From an uncultured virus (IMG/VR IMGVR_UViG_3300017931_000006) (Duplodnaviria; Heunggongvirae; Uroviricota; Caudoviricetes; Crassvirales), in IMG/VR virus record IMGVR_UViG_3300017931_000006: a stretch of 20,000 bases of DNA; one strand, 5' to 3'. Shown one piece after another: positions 1 through 8,023 of this stretch. The position numbers were made by a program, and so were the translations under genes. The notes under the pieces were generated by a model. That model was given only the letters and a program-made list of their open reading frames with translations, searched no databases and was not told the origin of the DNA. Position 1 is the stretch's first letter. Each line of letters starts with the position of its first letter.

Positions 1-2
1 TC

Positions 3-173
3 ATCACAGCTAAGAGTGCAGAGATTAAAAGACTGCATAATGTGTGCCAACAAAAAGACAAGGCGTTGAACACAATAATTCTCAGGCTTATTGCCTTATC
101 TTCGAGGCTTCCAATATTACTAAAACCTGTACTCCTTAACATTATTGACGACGCAAAAGAGATCATGGGTTAA
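3..173 (+). CDS. 3' end of a hypothetical protein (truncated by window start)
   Basis: Open frame ITAKSAEIKRLHNVCQQKDKALN...DDAKEIMG* ends at TAA 171-173; same strand as neighbours. Confidence 0.6.
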   Translation: MTAKSAEIKRLHNVCQQKDKALNTIILRLIALSSRLPILLKPVLLNIIDDAKEIMG

Positions 174-250
174 CCCACCAGCCGGAAGGGACTATAAGAG
201 GACTACCCCGAGCCTCCCGGCACATAGTTATAAACCAACACCTTAAAACA

Positions 251-958
251 ATGGAAAAGATCATGTACAAGGACTGCGAAATCCGCATCTATCAAGATGA
301 ATACGCAGAGAACCCACGTGAGGCATGGGACAACTTCGGACACATTGCCTACAAACACCACAATTACAAGCTGGGATCAGAAGAAATTCCAGACCCGGTT
401 GATTGGCTTATTGACAAAATCAGCTACACTGACAAAGGAGTACAGAGACTTTGTAAGATGCTCAACTGCAAAATGTATTCTAATGAATTCAAGGACTATT
501 TAGAATCAGTCTTTGCCAAGAGATACATAGCTTACAAGCTGTACCTGTACGACCACTCCAGCCAGTCAATCAGCACACAATCCTTCAACGGACGCGCCCA
601 GCATGCAGAATGGGATAGCGGACAGGTAGGCTACATCTATTGCACCATCACAGAAGCCAAGGCCGAAGGATGGAACAAAAAGTGGTTAGCAGGTAGATCA
701 ATCCGTCAGGCTGCACTGGATATTATGCAGGGAGAAATCGACGTCTTCGACAACTACATGCAGGGCAATGTGTACGGCTTCAAAACCATAGACCCGGAAG
801 ACGATACAGACATAGATTCATGCTGCGGATTCTTCGGAGACCCAAAAGAATCAGGCCTCATAGATGAAGCAGAAAGCTCCATCGACTACTATCTGGAAGC
901 TAAGGCTAAAGCGCAGAAGGAAATCATTGAATCACTTCAACCTGTGGAGGTAGTATGA
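251..958 (+). CDS. Conserved phage/ICE hypothetical protein (NPRE-x-WDN...LYLYDHS...WDSGQVG family)
   Basis: 235 aa ORF with AT-rich upstream region; motif set recalled from mobile-element proteins; function unknown. Confidence 0.8.
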   Translation: MEKIMYKDCEIRIYQDEYAENPREAWDNFGHIAYKHHNYKLGSEEIPDPVDWLIDKISYTDKGVQRLCKMLNCKMYSNEFKDYLESVFAKRYIAYKLYLYDHSSQSISTQSFNGRAQHAEWDSGQVGYIYCTITEAKAEGWNKKWLAGRSIRQAALDIMQGEIDVFDNYMQGNVYGFKTIDPEDDTDIDSCCGFFGDPKESGLIDEAESSIDYYLEAKAKAQKEIIESLQPVEVV

Positions 959-1452
959 AAACAGTACAGCAATTCGAGAAGGATCATAAAGGATCAATAG
1001 GCGATTTTTATTTTCACGATCCTCACAACTACAAGATTCCTGCCCTCAGTTTAATCTGGGTAGGGATCACTCCAAAGGGCAGAATATCCTGTCATTTCCA
1101 TCAAATGAGATTCTATAAGGGCAGAAAATATCCAACAAAAAAAACAGCCCTATTGGCGCCCCCGGATTATTCCCCGTTAACATACGGAGGGGATTCTGCC
1201 AAGATTGGGGATTCTGCCAAGATTGGGAATAAAGAAATCGTTTTAAAGACGGTTTTCTTCACAGGAACAAGACATACAGTTTTGTGGTACGGGAACGACA
1301 CTATCCATATTGGCTGCAAGCATATGACTATATCCAAATGGCTCAAAGATAAAGGTAACTCAGCCAGATCACAGAGATACTCAGAAGAGCAAATAAAAGA
1401 ATATCATCAATACATTTTAATCTGTAAAAACCTTCAAAAGCTTATCAAATGA
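955..1452 (+). CDS. Hypothetical protein with two hexapeptide (GDSAKI) repeats and a C-terminal IxIGC-x7-W domain
   Basis: ATGA overlaps at both ends; 18-bp tandem repeat; C-terminal motif shared with the pentapeptide protein at 14279. Confidence 0.7.
   Translation: MKTVQQFEKDHKGSIGDFYFHDPHNYKIPALSLIWVGITPKGRISCHFHQMRFYKGRKYPTKKTALLAPPDYSPLTYGGDSAKIGDSAKIGNKEIVLKTVFFTGTRHTVLWYGNDTIHIGCKHMTISKWLKDKGNSARSQRYSEEQIKEYHQYILICKNLQKLIK
1189..1230 (+). repeat. 18-bp tandem repeat GGGGATTCTGCCAAGATT x2 plus a partial copy
   Basis: Exact copies at 1189-1206 and 1207-1224, then GGGAAT. Confidence 0.9.
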
Positions 1453-1727
1453 AAAATCCAATCACATTACTTAAACAACTTGTCAACAAGACAAAGAGTG
1501 TTCCAAAGAAGGACATCGTTAAGAAAGACGAGAACAAACCAGCTCCCCAAATCCACAAAGAAAAGCGCAAAAAGAAACTGTCAGGACACTTTAAATGGAG
1601 AAGGACTCCGCTTATCGCGCAGCAAATATTAGACCAGAAGCGCAAGAGCAGAAACAGCCGCAACCGTATGCAGAAGCGCAGCAGGAAGATCAATCGTTAT
1701 GGAGCCTACACAAAGAAAGCAGCATGA
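1449..1727 (+). CDS. Small highly basic (K/R-rich) hypothetical protein
   Basis: 92 aa; ATGA overlaps with both neighbours. Confidence 0.7.
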   Translation: MKNPITLLKQLVNKTKSVPKKDIVKKDENKPAPQIHKEKRKKKLSGHFKWRRTPLIAQQILDQKRKSRNSRNRMQKRSRKINRYGAYTKKAA

Positions 1728-2047
1728 AAAAGACAAATTCTTTCTGGATCATAGGATACCTGTTAATAATACTAGCAACTATCTTCTTCAACTCCTGCAC
1801 CAAGCAGGATCAGGAAAAAGTGGTCTGGCAGAATCTGGACCAGACCACTACCTTCTTCGTATCAATAGATGGCTCAGGGTCTTTCGAAGTAGTCCCGGGA
1901 ACCACTAAGATCATCACTCACTGCTGCGGGCAGGCTATGTCAATAGGGCTTACCGCAAAGGTATATCAGATTGTAAATGACAGCGATATATACGTAAGAA
2001 GTATCACCGTCGTATCAAAAAATTATCTATTTTTGTCTAACAAATAA
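1724..2047 (+). CDS. Putative lipoprotein (107 aa; start corrected from 1595 to 1724)
   Basis: MKKTNSFWIIGYLLIILATIFFNS-C-TKQDQE: basic N-terminus, hydrophobic core, lipobox-like Cys; ATG overlaps the upstream stop (ATGA). Confidence 0.75.
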   Translation: MKKTNSFWIIGYLLIILATIFFNSCTKQDQEKVVWQNLDQTTTFFVSIDGSGSFEVVPGTTKIITHCCGQAMSIGLTAKVYQIVNDSDIYVRSITVVSKNYLFLSNK

Positions 2048-2051
2048 ATTA

Positions 2052-2288
2052 ATGGAACAGACATTAGATTTAAAAAAAGAATATGCCGACAAACTCAAGA
2101 GGTTTAAGGTATACAGGAAGTTTGTTAAATATACAGACCAATGCTTAGGTAATATCAATTTAGAGAAGTACGACCAACTGGCTTACATTAATCGCGCCCC
2201 AAACTTTTATCAATTCGTAGAAAGGGCATTTTTGTGGGACACAACTCCAGAAGGCCATGCATTTTGGAAAACAATCGCAGCAAAATGA
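2052..2288 (+). CDS. Hypothetical phage protein (AFxWxxTPEGxxFW motif)
   Basis: 78 aa; C-terminal motif recalled from Bacteroidota phage small proteins. Confidence 0.75.
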   Translation: MEQTLDLKKEYADKLKRFKVYRKFVKYTDQCLGNINLEKYDQLAYINRAPNFYQFVERAFLWDTTPEGHAFWKTIAAK

Positions 2289-2383
2289 AAGACGAAACCT
2301 ATTGCGCTATTGCCTTCATGGCAGTAGCTTTTATCATTATGACTATTAAAGAAATTGTTCAACTAATCAGAAAAAAGAAATGA
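2285..2383 (+). CDS. Small single-pass membrane peptide (32 aa), not in ORF track
   Basis: MKDETYCAIAFMAVAFIIMTIKEIVQLIRKKK*; fills the gap exactly with ATGA overlaps on both sides. Confidence 0.65.
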   Translation: MKDETYCAIAFMAVAFIIMTIKEIVQLIRKKK

Positions 2384-2958
2384 GAAAATCAATCGTTATC
2401 AAGGGATTCACGACAAGAATCCATGATGTATGCGGCAAAGATCCGCTCAGGGAATGGATGCAAAATATATTCTTCCATGATGGGAAGATCTACGCTACCA
2501 ACTCACATCTAGCAGTGAGGATACCACTGGAACGCTTTAATTTTGAGCCGGATGAGATTAACCTGCTAAATGGCAGGCACATCACAGCGCAACAATTCGC
2601 GTTAATGTTCAATAAGGAAATAAGGTTATCTGTGAGTAGTGGTAAGTTTGAAATAGACATACCCACCCTCGATATTTCTGTACACACCTTCAACACAAGG
2701 CTCACTTTTGAAGCTATGAGGCAGAACCCAATGAGTAAGCTGAATGAGCTATTCAGCGTTGACTGTAAAAGCGAAGGAACCCGGACACCACTGCTATCGG
2801 TAGGATTCATGCCAGCCTTCGCAATGACAATAGCAAAGGCACTGGGAACAACAGGAGCCTGCAAGTTCTACTTCTCAGCACAGAATAAGCCTATTATTGT
2901 CGAAGCTCAGGACGAAACCAAACCGGGGTTAGGATTTTTCATGCCCGTTACGATATGA
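2380..2958 (+). CDS. DNA polymerase III beta-clamp-like protein (short, 192 aa)
   Basis: DPLREWMQNIFF..GKIYATNSHLAV resembles the clamp D..R..L.G......VATDGHRL motif; C-terminal KPIIVE...FFMPV resembles the clamp P..I.....IMP end. Confidence 0.6.
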   Translation: MRKSIVIKGFTTRIHDVCGKDPLREWMQNIFFHDGKIYATNSHLAVRIPLERFNFEPDEINLLNGRHITAQQFALMFNKEIRLSVSSGKFEIDIPTLDISVHTFNTRLTFEAMRQNPMSKLNELFSVDCKSEGTRTPLLSVGFMPAFAMTIAKALGTTGACKFYFSAQNKPIIVEAQDETKPGLGFFMPVTI

Positions 2959-2974
2959 TGTTAATAACTTAATA

Positions 2975-3010
2975 TTGACAACCGGGTGTAAATATGCTAC
3001 ATTTGCCCGG
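2975..3010 (+). promoter_or_regulatory. Bacteroidota-type sigma70 promoter with overlapping imperfect palindrome (possible operator)
   Basis: TTGACA 2975-2980; TACATTTG (TAnnTTTG) 2998-3005; CCGGG 2982-2986 and CCCGG 3006-3010 are inverted arms; lies in an intergenic gap. Confidence 0.65.
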
Positions 3011-3028
3011 ATATAAATTTATAGCATC

Positions 3029-3217
3029 ATGGAAAAACTCACAGTAGTGCAGAAGTTCAAACAAAGTAGGGATTCTCATATTAGGATAGCGTATGGAGCC
3101 GCACCAGCACGACAGAAGAAGGAGATGGCAAGATCGCTGGCAAGGAAATACCACACCTGCTTGAAGACAATATACAACATCATTAAAAAAGGGAGGCAGA
3201 ATGACAACAACATCTGA
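3029..3217 (+). CDS. Small helix-turn-helix DNA-binding protein (Cro-like regulator candidate)
   Basis: MARSLARKYHTCLKTIYNIIK fits the HTH pattern LA.kyg.s..TIynI; first gene after the promoter. Confidence 0.65.
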   Translation: MEKLTVVQKFKQSRDSHIRIAYGAAPARQKKEMARSLARKYHTCLKTIYNIIKKGRQNDNNI

Positions 3218-3593
3218 AGTCTGGAGATACTTCCAGAGCCACCCAAAACTAGACATCTGTTACAGCACTTCTGATGGTAGAATATTTGAGGGACATGATA
3301 CGGCGGCGCAGCATGTTGACGATCCAGAAGGCCCAATGATGGACAAGGGAATTGTAGTCTGGCACAGGTCACTAGGAGTTATAGCTGAGTCCTTCGACCT
3401 ACTCGATAAGATAGATGAATACGTTGACAGGGGAAATCAATCATTAGGGGCAGCAGTAAACAAATTCAATGCAGAGGTAGTTTTGTCCCCGGAATATGAA
3501 GACCCAGAGCCAGTACAGTTTGCCATATGGTTATCCAAAAACAACAAGTTTAAGGCTCATGGCCGCGCTGCATACACAAAGCTCTATTCATAA
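3201..3593 (+). CDS. Hypothetical protein (YF..HP....Y.TSDG..F N-terminal motif)
   Basis: 130 aa ORF in operon context. Confidence 0.7.
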   Translation: MTTTSEVWRYFQSHPKLDICYSTSDGRIFEGHDTAAQHVDDPEGPMMDKGIVVWHRSLGVIAESFDLLDKIDEYVDRGNQSLGAAVNKFNAEVVLSPEYEDPEPVQFAIWLSKNNKFKAHGRAAYTKLYS

Positions 3594-3613
3594 TTTTGTA
3601 ACGAACAAACGAG

Positions 3614-3781
3614 ATGAAGAATACACTTTGGTTTATACTCTTACTCTTCTTCTTTCAGGAAAACTGGGAAGACAGGTGCAAGCACAAAACAAGGTACGAC
3701 ATCATGTTAGGAGTCCTTGTGTTGCTACTACTAGGATTAATTCTATTTATTTCTTACGCGTTTATAAAATACGTATTATGA
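3614..3781 (+). CDS. Small membrane protein (55 aa), not in ORF track
   Basis: MKNTLWFILLLFFFQENWEDRCKHKTRYDIMLGVLVLLLLGLILFISYAFIKYVL*; two hydrophobic segments; stop overlaps ATG 3778. Confidence 0.7.
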   Translation: MKNTLWFILLLFFFQENWEDRCKHKTRYDIMLGVLVLLLLGLILFISYAFIKYVL

Positions 3782-4653
3782 GAGACACTTTCACTAAAAA
3801 ATGGATAATAGAACACGCCATAGTCATTGTTGAACGCTATGAAAAAGGCGTACTAACATTGAGATCACTTCATTACCAGCTTTTCAGCGAAGGCATGACT
3901 AATGACTTACAACACTATAAACGTGTACTCACGGCCATGATCTACGCCAGATGGGAGGGATTAATAGACTTTGATCAATTCTCTGACCTTGATCGCGTAA
4001 TGGTAGGAGAGACTGCATGGAAGGAGACCGTTGTTGAAGACGAGATCTACACCGCCCAACGCCAAGTAAGAGCATGGATGACTAACTATCATAAAAACAA
4101 ATGGGAAAACCAGCCTTGGTACCCGGAAGTATTCATTGAGAAAAAAGCCCTTCAGGGTGTATTTCAAGATGTTTGCGAAGAGTGGAATATCGCACTGGGG
4201 GCCTGTAAGGGATACCCGTCCCTCACCTTCTTAAACGAAGCCTTCTTGCGGGTTCAGGAAGCCGAAAGAAGCGGCAAACAACCCATCATACTTTATTTTG
4301 GGGACTATGACCCCTATGGCGAAGATATACCTAGAAGTATACAAGAGAATATCGCAAGATTCGGAGTTGACATAGAGGTAAGAAGGATAGCCCTCATGGA
4401 AGACCAAGTTATCGAATGGAAGCTTCCACCAGCCCCAGCAAAGGTAGGAGACAGTAGGACTGCGAACTGGGATGGATTAGGACAAGTGGAACTCGACGCA
4501 GTGCGCCCAGAAAAATTAATGGATCTACTCAAAGAGGCTATTTCTTCAATATTTGACAACGAACTCTATGAAGAGCTCATGGAAAAAGAAGAAGAAGAGA
4601 GAACTCAATACCAGAAAGAACTGAAACAATTTGTAATCGACATTAAAGATTAA
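3778..4653 (+). CDS. Spo11/topoisomerase VI subunit A-like protein (winged-helix Tyr + Toprim); start corrected from 3496 to 3778 (291 aa)
   Basis: Motifs TLRSLHY (T.R.l.Y catalytic Tyr), FIEKKAL, CKGYPS, YFGDYDPYG and VELDA appear in the same order as in Spo11/TopoVI-A. Confidence 0.8.
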   Translation: MRDTFTKKWIIEHAIVIVERYEKGVLTLRSLHYQLFSEGMTNDLQHYKRVLTAMIYARWEGLIDFDQFSDLDRVMVGETAWKETVVEDEIYTAQRQVRAWMTNYHKNKWENQPWYPEVFIEKKALQGVFQDVCEEWNIALGACKGYPSLTFLNEAFLRVQEAERSGKQPIILYFGDYDPYGEDIPRSIQENIARFGVDIEVRRIALMEDQVIEWKLPPAPAKVGDSRTANWDGLGQVELDAVRPEKLMDLLKEAISSIFDNELYEELMEKEEEERTQYQKELKQFVIDIKD

Positions 4654-4657
4654 TCTT

Positions 4658-6610
4658 ATGAAAATAGTTTTAAAATCATTAACACTAACCAACTTCAAAG
4701 GAATCCGCTCGTTGGTTATTCCTTTCAATGATGAAGTCACGGAAATCGCAGGCGAAAACGAAATAGGCAAGACGACCATCATGGACGCCTTTCTGTGGCT
4801 GCTGTTCGGGAAAGACAGCAATGACAGCACCACCTTCAATATCAAGACGCTGGATAAAAACAACGAGGCTATTCCTAGGCTTCCTCACGAAGTAACAGGA
4901 GAGCTGGAGACCGACGGCTTCCCTATAAAATTGAGGCGCCTCTATGAAGAGAAATGGACTCGTAAACGTGGATCAGAAGATCAGGTATTTGATGGCCACG
5001 AAACCAGCTATTTCATTGACGACGTGCCTGTTAAGCAGAATGAGTACAAGGCCCGGATCAGCTCGATTGTGGACGAGGGACTATTCAAACTCCTAACCAA
5101 CTGCCTGTACTTCAATCAGATGGACTGGACCAAACGCAGAGAGATCCTTATTAAAATTGCAGGTAATCCATCGGATGAGGTTATCACAGAATCATCTCAA
5201 ACGCTGGGAGACAAATTCAAGAAGCTTCTGACAGATTTAAAAGGGTTGACACTTGATCAGTACAAACAGAAGATCTCAGCCCAGAAGAAGAAGATCGTCG
5301 AGCAATTACAATCCATCCCTGCACGTATTGACGAGGTATTGAGGAGTATACCTGAGCCAGAGGATTACGAATTCATTGAGCGGAAAATCGAAGAGGGTAA
5401 AATAAAGATCTTAGCCTTCGATAAACTCATCAACGACAAGGCAGAAGCTCACAAAGAAGAGCTCAAGGAGATCCAGAATAAGCAGGATAAAGTACATGAG
5501 CTCACAACCTTACTCAAAGTCCGGGAATTCGAGGTCAAGCAGGAGGCCAGTAAAGGACTCAATGATTACAAGGGGAAGCGCAATGCACTCCATCAAGAGC
5601 AGAGCAACCTGATCACCGAGAAGAATAACCTGAGCCGTCCTATCACCATCGCAGAGACTCATATTATTGATCTCAGGGGAAAACTTGAAGGCCTTCGCGA
5701 AGAGTGGACCAAGGAGAACGCCAAAGAATTCCATCTTGATCCATTAGATGCCATTTGCCCGGTTTGCAAACGTAGATTCGACAATGCAGACCAGAAAGAT
5801 ATCGAGCTTCGCGAAGACTTCAACACCAACAAAGCAAACAAACTCAAGAAGATCAACGAAAACGGGGTCCAGTACAAAGAAGATCTGGAGAAGGCACAAA
5901 ACGAAGTCACCGAGCTCACAAAGAAACGCTCAGATCTGGATATCAATATCGAAGAGTACAATAAGAAAATACAAGAGGCGTCTTTGAACCGGCCAGCAGA
6001 AATATCTATTGAGACCCTTGTTGTAGCAGATACAAAATGGAGTGACCTACATCGCCAGATAGAATTGATAGAAGAAGAGATCCGGGAAAAGCCAGCCCTT
6101 GATCTAGGAAAACTGGAAAAGGATAAGCAAGATGCCAACACCGCGCTAGACGGACTAAAGGCCAAGCTGGCAGTGAAAGAAACCATTGCCAAGCAGGAAG
6201 CCCGGAAGGAAGAGTTGCTGGCAGAAGAGCGCAAGATGGCCGCAGAACTCAGTCTTTTGGAAGGCGAGGAATTCGTCATCCAGCAGTTCGAGAACACTAA
6301 GATCAACATGGTAGAGATCGCTGTTAACTCAATGTTTGCGCTGGCTAGATTCAGACTATTCAAGCGCCAGATCAACGGAGGTATTGAACCTTGCTGCGAT
6401 ACACTGGTGAATGGAGTACCTTATCCGGATGTAAACAACGCAGGAAAGATTCAGGTAGGGCTTGACATCATTAAATCCATGTCAGCTTTCCATGAAGTTT
6501 GGGCTCCGGTATGGGTTGACAATTCTGAGGCAGTTAACATCCTGCCAAAGATGGATTCTCAGTTAATAGCACTTTATGTAACAACAGATAAACAATTAAT
6601 AATCAGGTAA
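4658..6610 (+). CDS. Rad50/SbcC-like coiled-coil ATPase (AAA_23-type) with zinc hook
   Basis: N-terminal LTLTNFKGI, Walker A GENEIGKTT, long coiled coils, central CPVC, C-terminal Walker B-like VWVDNSE. Confidence 0.9.
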   Translation: MKIVLKSLTLTNFKGIRSLVIPFNDEVTEIAGENEIGKTTIMDAFLWLLFGKDSNDSTTFNIKTLDKNNEAIPRLPHEVTGELETDGFPIKLRRLYEEKWTRKRGSEDQVFDGHETSYFIDDVPVKQNEYKARISSIVDEGLFKLLTNCLYFNQMDWTKRREILIKIAGNPSDEVITESSQTLGDKFKKLLTDLKGLTLDQYKQKISAQKKKIVEQLQSIPARIDEVLRSIPEPEDYEFIERKIEEGKIKILAFDKLINDKAEAHKEELKEIQNKQDKVHELTTLLKVREFEVKQEASKGLNDYKGKRNALHQEQSNLITEKNNLSRPITIAETHIIDLRGKLEGLREEWTKENAKEFHLDPLDAICPVCKRRFDNADQKDIELREDFNTNKANKLKKINENGVQYKEDLEKAQNEVTELTKKRSDLDINIEEYNKKIQEASLNRPAEISIETLVVADTKWSDLHRQIELIEEEIREKPALDLGKLEKDKQDANTALDGLKAKLAVKETIAKQEARKEELLAEERKMAAELSLLEGEEFVIQQFENTKINMVEIAVNSMFALARFRLFKRQINGGIEPCCDTLVNGVPYPDVNNAGKIQVGLDIIKSMSAFHEVWAPVWVDNSEAVNILPKMDSQLIALYVTTDKQLIIR

Positions 6611-6611
6611 A

Positions 6612-6911
6612 ATGAAAAAAGAAAACTTTGATCGCGCTAAAGAGATAGAAAAAGAGATAGACTCCATACTATCTCACGACAATGGCAGTTTTTTTAACGA
6701 AGAACAGCCATCAGTAACACCCGGATACTCTTGTCTCTGTCTACGGATAGGATCTAAGAGCTCAGTTTACGATAAGTTCATTCGTGTTAACTCTCTTCCT
6801 AAATCTATAAGGGAAACCGTCGAAGATGAGTTACTTATGTGCTATGACCGTATCCACACAAGGGTCCGGAAACACATCAAAAAACTGGAAAAAGAATTTG
6901 AACAACTTTAA
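6612..6911 (+). CDS. Hypothetical protein
   Basis: 99 aa; 1 nt after the upstream stop; helical ends (AKEIEKEI, LEKEFEQL) typical of small phage proteins. Confidence 0.75.
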   Translation: MKKENFDRAKEIEKEIDSILSHDNGSFFNEEQPSVTPGYSCLCLRIGSKSSVYDKFIRVNSLPKSIRETVEDELLMCYDRIHTRVRKHIKKLEKEFEQL

Positions 6912-6922
6912 TAAATAATCCA

Positions 6923-8023
6923 ATGGCAAAACCAGAAGAAAAGAAAGCAGAAGTGGCTAAGATTGCCACACAAGCTGTACAGCAGCAAAAGACCCCCGGG
7001 GAACGATTCAGTGAAATGGTAATCCGGGAATTCGCTGGCACAGGAGGCAAGATTGCAGTCACGGCTATGCAACAAAGACTAATGAATAACTATTTCATCT
7101 CTCTGGATCAGGTACTCCAGCTAGCTGAAGAAAAGCGCATCAAGAAGAATGAAAGAAACAGTCCTCCTATCACATGGCCTAATATAAACATGCCACAGCT
7201 AGCCCAGCATGTTGTAGCATGTGCACGAATAGGACTTGACCCCATGCTACCAAACCAGCTCCACATGATCCCCTACAAGAACAACACCACAGGGAAGTAT
7301 GATATCAACTTCAGGGAAGGATACCGGGGCCGGGAGATCAAAGCCAAGAAATACGGATTAGAGGTCCCGGATGAGATCGTAATAGAGCTTGTCTATGCAA
7401 ATGACGAGTTCAAGATGATCAAGAAGGATAAAGACAATTCTGTAGAGACCTACTCATTTAAAGTAGCAGATAGTTTTGGCCGGGGAGATGTTGTAGGAGG
7501 GTTCTGGTATCACAAATTCCTTAAAGAGCCATCCAAAAATAGGATCATGGTCTACACCAAAGAAAAACTCCTGAAGTATAAGCCCGATAATGCCAGTGTT
7601 GAATTCTGGGGAGGAGAAAAGGACAACTGGGTTTATAACGAAGAAAAGCAAAAGAACGAGAAGAAAGGTAAGGTTCAGGTTGAAGGCTGGGAAGAAGAGA
7701 TGTTATACAAAACCCTGTGCCACCGGGCTTATGCTGCCATCACCATCGACAGCCAGAAGATCGACGACGACTTTATTAAGTTATCCATCATGGAAAATAA
7801 AGCCAATGAGACCCTTGAGGACAAGGTGGAAACCGACATCAATCAGAACGCGAACAAAGAGACCATTGACATCCCCGGGACCGTCATTGAAAGCAAGCCA
7901 GAAGAAAGGCCCGCAGAAAAGAAAGGAGAAGAAAAAACCATCCACCTTTCAGGAGATGGACCAACAGGCCCCCTTCTATCCCCACAAAAACCGGAACAAG
8001 GTAAATTAGGCCCTGACTTCTGA
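6923..8023 (+). CDS. recT: RecT/Redbeta-family single-strand annealing protein
   Basis: ARIGLDP...HMIPY...EGYRG...ELVYANDEF...EEMLYKT core pattern, acidic disordered tail ending PDF; between ATPase and MBL genes. Confidence 0.88.
   Translation: MAKPEEKKAEVAKIATQAVQQQKTPGERFSEMVIREFAGTGGKIAVTAMQQRLMNNYFISLDQVLQLAEEKRIKKNERNSPPITWPNINMPQLAQHVVACARIGLDPMLPNQLHMIPYKNNTTGKYDINFREGYRGREIKAKKYGLEVPDEIVIELVYANDEFKMIKKDKDNSVETYSFKVADSFGRGDVVGGFWYHKFLKEPSKNRIMVYTKEKLLKYKPDNASVEFWGGEKDNWVYNEEKQKNEKKGKVQVEGWEEEMLYKTLCHRAYAAITIDSQKIDDDFIKLSIMENKANETLEDKVETDINQNANKETIDIPGTVIESKPEERPAEKKGEEKTIHLSGDGPTGPLLSPQKPEQGKLGPDF

Noticed and set aside
3591..3598. Third TAnnTTTG promoter (TAATTTTG)
   Set aside because: Overlaps a stop codon in a 20-nt gap and has no upstream TTG element at the spacing seen in the other two; may be chance.
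3496..3777. 94-aa N-terminal extension of the Toprim protein
   Set aside because: The region is better explained by the end of the 3201-3593 gene and a 55-aa membrane ORF whose stop overlaps ATG 3778.
5659..6375. 238-aa antisense ORF and other short - strand ORFs within 1445-13648
   Set aside because: They lie wholly opposite well-supported + strand genes and have the S/L/F-rich composition of reverse-complemented coding DNA.
3778..6610. Canonical Wadjet (JetABCD) defence system
   Set aside because: No JetA/JetB equivalents, the ATPase has a Rad50-type zinc hook rather than an SMC hinge, and the context is a phage RecT module.
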